Source of the DNA: Parcubacteria group bacterium
GTDB lineage: Bacteria > Patescibacteriota > Minisyncoccia > Portnoybacterales > UBA2143
Length of the DNA stretch: 50,967 nucleotides
Direction of reading: 5' to 3'
NCBI GenBank assembly: GCA_002685955.1
Contig: NYYU01000041.1
Coordinates: 1 to 50,967, forward strand
Notes under the pieces: model-generated
The model's input: the letters and a program-made list of their open reading frames with translations, nothing else
The model's database searches: none
What the model was told of the DNA's origin: nothing
In this document: piece by piece, positions 38,881-46,144 of the stretch
Layout: each line of letters begins with the position of its first letter
Numbering within the stretch: position 1 is the stretch's first letter
Made by a program: the position numbers and the translations under genes

Positions 38881-38932
38881 ACCGTCTGCCTGGGACAGAT
38901 GGTTTTTGTCTTTATTAATCCCTAAAAATCAG
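38881..38932. repeat. Direct repeat copy 2
   Basis: accgtctgcctgggacagatggtttttgtctttattaatccctaaaaatcag. Confidence 0.85.
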
Positions 38933-38945
38933 CTACTATTTATAT

Positions 38946-39359
38946 ATGAAGCAATATAAAACTAAAGTTAGGATACTGACTGGCAAAAACTATCCTGATT
39001 TATATAAAAAGGCCTTTAGTCTTTATCGACAGATTAAACGAAAGACAAAACGTAAACCATACATAAGGTCATTCTATTTTAGAAAAGATAAAATATTCTT
39101 GGATTTATTCTGGCAACATCTTCATCAGAAAAACTGGCGGGATAGAAAAAGACGCATACGATATTATCCTTGCGCCATAGAGCTTATCAGATATTCGCGC
39201 CTTGACCCAGCATCAACAGATAATCCTAATAATCCATCAGAAATTTTGCATAAATTTAGCGGCATTGCGCCTGATGGAAGTGTTTTTTATGTTCAAATTA
39301 AAGAGAACAAACGGAATAACCAAAAATATTTAATGTCCGTATTCCCAGAGCAAAAATAA
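38946..39359 (+). CDS. Very basic hypothetical protein, putative RNase (RelE/BECR-like C-terminus)
   Basis: 137 aa, K/R-rich; ends ILHKFSG...FYVQIKE......YLMSVFP; fold assignment is inference. Confidence 0.65.
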   Translation: MKQYKTKVRILTGKNYPDLYKKAFSLYRQIKRKTKRKPYIRSFYFRKDKIFLDLFWQHLHQKNWRDRKRRIRYYPCAIELIRYSRLDPASTDNPNNPSEILHKFSGIAPDGSVFYVQIKENKRNNQKYLMSVFPEQK

Positions 39360-39360
39360 A

Positions 39361-39421
39361 CAAAACAAAAAGGCCTTCTGTCAGGTGTAGTATAGAAACT
39401 ACGACTAAAAGCCTTTTATGC
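39361..39421 (-). ncRNA. Putative ~60-nt hairpin sRNA convergent with 38946..39359
   Basis: Minus strand aaaaggc/gcctttt, gtc/gac and gtagt/actac stems, then a U-tract; dedicated promoter upstream. Confidence 0.5.
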
Positions 39422-39425
39422 TATA

Positions 39426-39453
39426 AGTATAGCAAACTAATATAATCTGTCAA
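39426..39453 (-). promoter_or_regulatory. Sigma70 promoter with extended -10, with no CDS downstream
   Basis: TTGACA (39453-39448), 16-nt spacer ending TGC, TATACT (39431-39426). Confidence 0.7.
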
Positions 39454-39491
39454 GCCTAATATTGTGAATAACCAAAAAGGTCAAATTAACT

Positions 39492-39941
39492 ATGCCTACA
39501 CTAGCCACTAATCGCCAAGCTAGATTTAATTACAAAATTCTGGAAACCTATGAAGCCGGCATAGTTTTAGCCGGCCATGAAGTTAAATCAGTTAAAAATG
39601 GCCATATTAGCTTAAAAGGTTCCTATGTTACTATTAAAAACCAAGAAGCTTGGCTAGTTAATGCCCAAATCTCTCCTTATCAACCCAAAAATATGCCTAA
39701 GGATTATGAACCAACTAATTCTAGAAAATTACTCCTTCATAAAGATGAAATCAAGGCTTTAGTTGGGAAAACCAAACAAAAAGGCTTGACTTTAGTGCCT
39801 TTGCGGGTCTATACTAAGCACAGTATTGTTAAGCTAGAATTTGGCTTAGGCCAAGGCAAAAGAAAAACAGATAAACGAGAAACAATTAAAAAAAGAGAAG
39901 CTGAGAAAAGAATTGGCCGAGCTTTAAGACAAAGGGGATGA
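39492..39941 (+). CDS. smpB: SsrA-binding protein
   Basis: NRQARFNY, EAGIVL.G.EVKS, RKLLLHK, LTLVPL and DKRETIK motifs. Confidence 0.97.
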   Translation: MPTLATNRQARFNYKILETYEAGIVLAGHEVKSVKNGHISLKGSYVTIKNQEAWLVNAQISPYQPKNMPKDYEPTNSRKLLLHKDEIKALVGKTKQKGLTLVPLRVYTKHSIVKLEFGLGQGKRKTDKRETIKKREAEKRIGRALRQRG

Positions 39942-40275
39942 CAGGTATCGATGAGAGTTCATTTTTTGATAAGCAAGTCGAGCTTAAAATCTCGTAAAAC
40001 TTTTAAACCTAACAACTGCTAAACCTAATTTAGCTTTTGCTACTGCTTAAGTTCGGTAGCCATCCAATCTCTTGATTTCTGATAGGGAGTCTCGGGTGTC
40101 AATTTTTCAGAATAGGCAATTAAATTATCTCGCTTTTTTGCCAAAACTTTAGAGATAAGGGTTAAGAATTTTTTGCTTGATTTTTCAGTTCTTAATTCCT
40201 CAAATTAAATCGAGCTAAGCTTGTAGAATTGTTAAACAATGACTTTTAGACGGGGGTTCGATCCCCCCATCTCCA
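39934..40275 (+). ncRNA. ssrA: tmRNA; tag (A)AKPNLAFATA*
   Basis: GGGGAUG/CAUCUCC-A acceptor stem with G3:U70, gggggttcgatccccc T-arm, tag ORF at 40018-40050; adjacent to smpB. Confidence 0.93.
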
Positions 40276-40297
40276 CTAATAAAATAAAAGGAAATCT

Positions 40298-40834
40298 ATT
40301 TACAAGAAAAGGTTTTTCAAAAAAAAATTCGTTCCTAGAACCCGTATCAACCACTGGATTAAAGTCAGCCCTATCCGATTAATTGATGAAAAAAACAATA
40401 ATTTAGGCATTGTTGAAACTAGTCAAGCAATTAAAATGGCTAATGAAAAAGGGCTTGATTTGATAGAAATAGCTCCTCAGGCGCGACCACCAGTCTGTCG
40501 AATTATGGACCATGGCAAATATCAGTATCAGAAATCAAAAGAAGAAAAAACCCAAAGATCTAAACAGAAAAGAACAGAAACTAAAGGTGTCAGAATCAGC
40601 TTCCGCATTGGACAACACGATTTAGAATTTAAGGCTAAACAAGCAGAAAAATTCCTAGAACAAGGACACAAAGTTAAAATAGAATTAATTCTACGCGGTC
40701 GAGAAAAAGGATTAATTCAAGTTGCTAAAGAAAAGTTAATCCAGTTTATTGAATTAATTCCTTTAGAAACAAAAATTGAACAAGAGATTAAAAAACAGCA
40801 CAGAGGATTAGGCGTAGTAATAACAAAACAATGA
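40298..40834 (+). CDS. infC: Translation initiation factor IF-3 (ATT start)
   Basis: Frame is open upstream of the called ATG with RINHWI...IRLIDE; ATT at 40298 follows aaagga; in-frame stop at 40280. Confidence 0.92.
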   Translation: MYKKRFFKKKFVPRTRINHWIKVSPIRLIDEKNNNLGIVETSQAIKMANEKGLDLIEIAPQARPPVCRIMDHGKYQYQKSKEEKTQRSKQKRTETKGVRISFRIGQHDLEFKAKQAEKFLEQGHKVKIELILRGREKGLIQVAKEKLIQFIELIPLETKIEQEIKKQHRGLGVVITKQ

Positions 40835-41028
40835 CCAAACTTAAAACAAGAAAAGCATTATTAAAAAGAATTAAAATTACAAAAAGAAAAAAGATAATCC
40901 ACCGGCCTGTTCATCAAGGCCATTTTAATGCTAAAGAATCAGGCAGCAAAACCAGGGCAAAAAGGAAAGGAAGCCAATTAGCCTCAGTTAATAGAAAAAG
41001 AATTAAAAAAATATTACCACATCTTTAA
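40831..41028 (+). CDS. rpmI: 50S ribosomal protein L35
   Basis: KLKTRKA..KRIKIT; lies between infC and rplT. Confidence 0.92.
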   Translation: MTKLKTRKALLKRIKITKRKKIIHRPVHQGHFNAKESGSKTRAKRKGSQLASVNRKRIKKILPHL

Positions 41029-41029
41029 T

Positions 41030-41383
41030 ATGACTAGAGTTAAACGAGGTACTACCGCTCACAAACGAAGAAAAAAAATCATTAAACAAGCTAAGGGATT
41101 CAAATGGGGGCGTAAATCTAAATATCGCCTAGCTAAAGATGCCCTTAAACATGCTTGGACTTATGCTTATCGAGACCGTAAAACAAAAAAGCGGAATTTT
41201 CGTCGACTCTGGAACATTAAAATCAATGCCGCCTCTAGAATGCACGGCTTAACTTATAGTCAGTTTATTAATAAATTAAAAAAAGCTAATATTGAAATAG
41301 ATAGAAAAATATTAGCTCTATTAGCTGAAAAACATCCAGAAATATTTGAACAAATAGTTAAACAAGTTGGTAAAACAAAATAA
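41030..41383 (+). CDS. rplT: 50S ribosomal protein L20
   Basis: [32 protein letters not shown]. Confidence 0.97.
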   Translation: MTRVKRGTTAHKRRKKIIKQAKGFKWGRKSKYRLAKDALKHAWTYAYRDRKTKKRNFRRLWNIKINAASRMHGLTYSQFINKLKKANIEIDRKILALLAEKHPEIFEQIVKQVGKTK

Positions 41384-41387
41384 CAAT

Positions 41388-42332
41388 CTATATTTCTGCT
41401 ATTAATAAATCTAACGCAGTCGGGCCATCTATCTGGCCTGTTTTTAATTCCCAGTCAATCTTCATCAAATATTGATAAATCCTTTTTAATTGGTCCAAAC
41501 TAAAGTTTTTTAATTGCTGAGCGCTTTTTCTAACCACAAAAGGATGGAGCCCGCTTTGTTTGGCTAAATTATAAAAAGGAGTTCCTTTTTCTGTTAAATC
41601 TTTTAATCTAAGTAATGTTCGTAATTGATAAATAAACATAGAAAGCAAATAGATTTCGTTATCACCCTGACTAAGATGCTCATGTAAAAGACGAAAAGCA
41701 GTTTTTTTATCCCGTTGAGCCAAAGCATCAATCGCTTTAAAAATATTTGTATCTATTTTAGCTTTAACTAATAAATCTATATCTTGTTCATCAATCAATT
41801 GACCTTTCTTATAATCAATCAGCTTATTTAATTCATTACTAATTTGCCATAAATCATTACCTGTATAAATAATTAACTTCCTAATTGCTCCTTGGCTGAT
41901 ACTCACTTTATTCTTGTCCACCTCTTTTTTAACCCACCTAGCTAAAGCAAGATTGTCCAAAGGAGAAAATTCTTCGGACATGCTTACTCGTCGCTTAAAA
42001 TCAGCTTGAGGCAATTTGCCTGATTGATAGATAACTACCAATATATCTTGATTATCTTTGAGTTTGCTTTTTTTAAGATACTCAAAAAAATCTTCTTGGA
42101 AATCCTTTTTATTAAAAAGATTTTCTAGAACAATAAGTTTTTTTTCATCAAACATAGAAACTACTTCAACTTTTTGCCTAAATTTATCAAAGTTTAAATC
42201 CTCTTCTCTAAAACGCATCAAATCAAGACCACTCTGATGTTTGGCCTGATACTGTTCAATAATTTCATTTAATTTTTCTCGCTGGCGAAAAGTATCTTCA
42301 CCATAAAGTAAAATAATCATAATTATTCCCAA
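41388..42332 (-). CDS. holA: DNA polymerase III delta subunit
   Basis: LLYGED, SMF..KKLIV, NELNKL, HPFVV and D..LKTG motifs. Confidence 0.9.
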   Translation of the reverse strand: MGIIMIILLYGEDTFRQREKLNEIIEQYQAKHQSGLDLMRFREEDLNFDKFRQKVEVVSMFDEKKLIVLENLFNKKDFQEDFFEYLKKSKLKDNQDILVVIYQSGKLPQADFKRRVSMSEEFSPLDNLALARWVKKEVDKNKVSISQGAIRKLIIYTGNDLWQISNELNKLIDYKKGQLIDEQDIDLLVKAKIDTNIFKAIDALAQRDKKTAFRLLHEHLSQGDNEIYLLSMFIYQLRTLLRLKDLTEKGTPFYNLAKQSGLHPFVVRKSAQQLKNFSLDQLKRIYQYLMKIDWELKTGQIDGPTALDLLIAEI

Positions 42333-43408
42333 GTTACTTCTTGGTTCGGCTCAACTATTTCTATCCAAGTTTGGCCAACCACAAAAGGTATTTCCTTGTT
42401 TGTATCCTTATTTAAAAATTTAAGTTTACTGGCTGGATTTTTTTCGCTTTTCTGCCACAAACAGGGAATCACCTGCCCATTTTGATAAATCTGGCAGAGG
42501 CCACTGCCTTCTAAATCTAAATCATTGTAATAAGGACCTTCAATTTGTTTTGAAAAAACTCTCATCACTACAATATTCTTTGCCTCAATCTGCTGATTAT
42601 TGTTCCGGTCTATTTCTTTTAAATTAGTTCGATAGCGTAAATATGAATTAGTGGCCGGCTCATACTGATATGATATATTGTATGGATAACTATAGCCAAT
42701 TCTCAAAACTCGACTTGTCTGTTCCTGGTTAAGCTCTTCTTGAATATGACCATAACCTTCAAATTGATTAACTAATCGATAACCTAGCTTTTGGGCAGCC
42801 TTGAGTAGTCTTTCCATTGTAGTAAATCCATTATGAGGCTGAGGAATAGTATTTTTCTGATAAAAAGCATTATAGGGATTTTTTAAGGCGTCAATATTAT
42901 CAATGATGCCGGCATCTAATTGATCAAGAATAAAATGAGAGCCTCCCCAATGGACAAAAATGGCATCAAATCCTAAAGCCAAGGGGACAAAATCATGACG
43001 AGCGCTGCGCAAGGAGCCAATTTCCTCCGGAGACTGGCAAATATAGAAAGCAATCATTCTGGTAATACTCCCGGTGATCACCGGCATCTCTATGACTAAA
43101 TCAGCCTGGCTCAATCCAGCCAGAGGACGAGCCACTGGGTCACTAGCCAAGACCACGGCTAAAGGACGTCTTTGATGATTTTGACAAGCCATCCCGCTTA
43201 AAGGATTAGCTTGCCCTAAGACCGGCTGATTAACTTGTTCAATTGATTGATTATTTATTTCAGTTATCCGTTCAGACTGATGCCAAACAAAAATTAGCCC
43301 TAAGGCTAAGAGCAAACAGCTAAAGATTAGCATAAGCTTGGTTTTTGGACTGAACATTTTAGAGATCTTTTTTATCCAGGACTTGTTTAATTTTTTGAAT
43401 AATTTCAT
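42323..43408 (-). CDS. DUF3048 (YerB-like) membrane-anchored protein
   Basis: PLSG, RPLAV, ARP.AGL..AD, ITR, IGSLRSAR, HWGGS, PHN and GQTWIE motifs. Confidence 0.85.
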   Translation of the reverse strand: MKLFKKLNKSWIKKISKMFSPKTKLMLIFSCLLLALGLIFVWHQSERITEINNQSIEQVNQPVLGQANPLSGMACQNHQRRPLAVVLASDPVARPLAGLSQADLVIEMPVITGSITRMIAFYICQSPEEIGSLRSARHDFVPLALGFDAIFVHWGGSHFILDQLDAGIIDNIDALKNPYNAFYQKNTIPQPHNGFTTMERLLKAAQKLGYRLVNQFEGYGHIQEELNQEQTSRVLRIGYSYPYNISYQYEPATNSYLRYRTNLKEIDRNNNQQIEAKNIVVMRVFSKQIEGPYYNDLDLEGSGLCQIYQNGQVIPCLWQKSEKNPASKLKFLNKDTNKEIPFVVGQTWIEIVEPNQEVTWE

Positions 43409-43769
43409 CAGGTGTAAAATGAGCTTTGATTAAATATCCACTTGCCCCCAATTGGATACCTTTTTCTACCTCTCTTTCCTCTCCTATGTTGCTTAAAATG
43501 ATTACTGGAATTTTACTAATCTGAGGATCTATTCTAATCTGTTCCAGAACTTCAAAACCACCCATACCAGGCAAGATCAAATCCAATAAAATCAGTTGAG
43601 GCCGGTCTTTTTTAGCCTTGGCCAAAGCTTCTTGTCCAGTAACGGCGATTGATAGCTTAAACCCCTCGTCTTTTATTTTACGAACTAAAAGCTCTCGCAG
43701 AAACTTGTCGTCTTCAACTATCAAAATCAATTCGTTTTTCTTATGGCTGCTTTTTAGTTCACTAATCAT
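43359..43769 (-). CDS. Single-domain response regulator (receiver)
   Basis: IVEDD, LLDLILPGMGG, IILSN, YLIK. Confidence 0.93.
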   Translation of the reverse strand: MISELKSSHKKNELILIVEDDKFLRELLVRKIKDEGFKLSIAVTGQEALAKAKKDRPQLILLDLILPGMGGFEVLEQIRIDPQISKIPVIILSNIGEEREVEKGIQLGASGYLIKAHFTPDEIIQKIKQVLDKKDL

Positions 43770-43842
43770 ATACTTTATTAATTATTTCTGCATTCATTTT
43801 ATCACATTCAATAGAAACTGTCACCTAGCTGCTTGAAATTGG

Positions 43843-44709
43843 CTATTGCAGTATAGACAATCTTTGGATTAAGCTTTTAAATTCCAATTTCCCCAATAAT
43901 TTATTCACTTGAGAACGGTCAAATTTGCCCCAATAAGATTGTTTTAACTTAAATTCAATCGGTACATCTTTTTTAATAGTTACTAAATACTGACTGAAAA
44001 AAGCTTCTTTTTTATACTCCAATAATCTAGCTTTTAGTTTAGGGTTTAAATTGCTGGTTCCTAAAGACTGATAAAGATTTTCTAAACTGCTAAACTTCCT
44101 TATTAACTCAGCAGCTGTTTTTTCGCCAACACCGGGCACACCAGGGATATTATCAGAAGGATCGCCTTTAAGTCCTTTAAAATCAATTAATTGTTCTGGC
44201 CTCAAGCCATAACGTTTCTTAACTGCAACTCGGTCATAGATAGTTGACCCCTTAACGCCTTTTGAAATATGGACTTCTGTCTTTTTATTAACCAATTGAA
44301 GAGTGTCTAAATCACCGGTGATAATAATACTTTTAATTTTTTGTTTAGCTACCTTGCCCACAATCGTGCCAATAAAATCATCTGCTTCAAATCCTTTTTT
44401 TTGATAAATAGGGATATCCATAGCTTTAACTATTTCTTTGATTAACGGAATCTGATCGTATAATTCCTGGGGCGGCTTAACCCGCTTAGCCTTGTAATCT
44501 TGATACTCTACATGGCGAAATGTCGGTCCGGCTAAATCAAAAGTAGCCACTAAATAGTCTGGCTTTAAATCCTGAATTACTTTAAAAAGAATGGAAGTAA
44601 ATCCATAAACGGCATTAACTAATTGACCTTGCTTAGTTCTAAAAGGCGGCAAAGCATGATACGCCCGATGGATTAAAGCATTACCGTCAATAATAACTAA
44701 AGTTTTCAT
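43843..44709 (-). CDS. Stand-alone 5'-3' exonuclease (PolA N-terminal/FEN-like)
   Basis: IDGNALIHRAYHA, YKAKR, FEADD, TGDLD, GDPSDNIPGVPGVGEKTA; stops at 288 aa. Confidence 0.92.
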   Translation of the reverse strand: MKTLVIIDGNALIHRAYHALPPFRTKQGQLVNAVYGFTSILFKVIQDLKPDYLVATFDLAGPTFRHVEYQDYKAKRVKPPQELYDQIPLIKEIVKAMDIPIYQKKGFEADDFIGTIVGKVAKQKIKSIIITGDLDTLQLVNKKTEVHISKGVKGSTIYDRVAVKKRYGLRPEQLIDFKGLKGDPSDNIPGVPGVGEKTAAELIRKFSSLENLYQSLGTSNLNPKLKARLLEYKKEAFFSQYLVTIKKDVPIEFKLKQSYWGKFDRSQVNKLLGKLEFKSLIQRLSILQ

Positions 44710-45170
44710 AAAGTAATCTTTCTTTCGTTTAAATTTAGATACTCAAATTTAATCCAAAGCGTGTCTTGGGGTAAAATCTTTTTAACTCGCTCGGCCCATT
44801 CTATGATAATCACATTTTTTGGCTGTTTAATAATTTCTTTAAAATCTAAATCTAATAAATCTCTTGATTTAATCCGATAACAATCAATATGATAAAAGTT
44901 CGTAGCTCGTATCTTGTAGCTCGTAGTTCGCAGTTTGTATTTTTTCATAATTACGAAAGTGGGGCTGGTAAGCTTATCTTTGATTCCCAGGCCTTTCGCC
45001 AATCCTTGGACAAAAGTTGTTTTGCCGCTGCCCAATTCACCCTCTAATCCAATGACCAAAGCCTCTTTTCTTTGTTCGGATTGATTAAGTATTTCTTGAG
45101 CTAAAACCTTGGCCGCTTTTTGCGTTTGTTCAGTATTTTTTGTAATAATTTCTAACAATTCAGATTTCAT
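44706..45170 (-). CDS. tsaE: tRNA t6A biosynthesis ATPase
   Basis: GELGSGKTT, SPTF, HIDCYR and IEWAE motifs; ATG at 45170 chosen. Confidence 0.94.
   Translation of the reverse strand: MKSELLEIITKNTEQTQKAAKVLAQEILNQSEQRKEALVIGLEGELGSGKTTFVQGLAKGLGIKDKLTSPTFVIMKKYKLRTTSYKIRATNFYHIDCYRIKSRDLLDLDFKEIIKQPKNVIIIEWAERVKKILPQDTLWIKFEYLNLNERKITL
44900..44941. repeat. Heptamer tandem repeat (tcgtagc-like, 6 units) inside tsaE
   Basis: tcgtagc tcgtatc ttgtagc tcgtagt tcgcagt ttgtatt. Confidence 0.8.
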
Positions 45171-45240
45171 ATGCTTTGGCAATTTTTATAAAAGATTCCT
45201 TAATGCTTTTTATTCATTTCCCCTGTTGATAAATTAGCTA

Positions 45241-45268
45241 TTGACAATAAATAATAATCTGATAGACT
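45241..45268 (+). promoter_or_regulatory. Sigma70 promoter with extended -10, with no credible CDS downstream
   Basis: TTGACA (45241-45246), 16-nt spacer ending TGA, TAGACT (45263-45268). Confidence 0.7.
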
Positions 45269-45274
45269 TTTAAT

Positions 45275-45316
45275 ATAAAGAGCGTGTCCCAGGTGTGGGT
45301 GCCCGCTTTTTTGTTT
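45275..45316 (+). ncRNA. Putative small hairpin RNA convergent with the DUF3800 gene
   Basis: aaagagcg/cgcttttt outer stem, ccca-ggtg-tggg inner stem, U-tract. Confidence 0.5.
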
Positions 45317-45318
45317 AT

Positions 45319-45986
45319 TCAAAAAATCTTTACCAACAAACGCTTATTTATAACTTTCTTTAGATCTATATTCCTTTTCGTAAAATACTCCTTAATCGCT
45401 CCACTTATCAAATCTGACATTTGCATCGCATTAACATATTCCGAGTTTACATGTGTAACATGTTTGATTCTTTGTATTGTTTTTGTGTTCACTCTTTTTT
45501 TTAAATAATTATCACAGTTCTCAAAATTGCCGTCCAATAATCTCCTATCCGCCCTATCAATCACAACTTCCACATCAAGAAAATTTGATTTCCTTACTGC
45601 CAAATTAACAAGTTTTACCAAATTATATTCATCAAAAACATTATGGTTTTTTCTACCAGGCGCCGCAAATTTCCCTTTATACTTTTTCTTATCAATGAGA
45701 CGATAATAAACTTGATATCAAGTTTATTAATAATATTTAGGAGCGCTTTGTATAAACTCAAAGAAACATCAGTACTTTTAATTTCTTTTTTATAGCCAAA
45801 TTTGTTTTTTATTTCCATTACCATGTTTTCTAACAAAAACAACTGGCGAGAATTAATACAAACAGCAGAAAGTATGTAATATAAGCTCGCGCCCGTTGCA
45901 ACCCTTTTTCCGCCAGAATTAATTTTAAATAGTTTTCCTGGATCGCCTGATTCATCAACAAAAATATAATTATAAGATTTATTCAT
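45319..45986 (-). pseudogene. DUF3800 family (RNase H-like) gene split by a 1-nt deletion near 45712
   Basis: IFVDESGDPG in the first ORF, MQMSDLISGAI in the second; one added base after LDI gives a continuous 222-aa frame via VYYRLIDKKKY. Confidence 0.8.
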
Positions 45987-46144
45987 CGTCTTTTTTATTT
46001 ATCAATCAACATTTTAATAACTTCTAAAGTTTTAGATTCCATATCTCATCCCCTACATTCTAATCATACTACATCCAATCTAACAAGACAAAACATATTA
46101 TCTTGTTTGACCTTGGGATTAAAATAGCATACAATTAAATTAAG

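Noticed and set aside
37101-38932. CRISPR array or integron attC interpretation of the repeats
   Set aside because: There are only two copies 1.8 kb apart, no spacer periodicity, no cas or intI gene and no clear attC boxes.
45284-45508. 74-aa + strand ORF downstream of the 45241 promoter
   Set aside because: It has a GTG start inside the hairpin, crosses a terminator-like U-tract and runs antisense to DUF3800.
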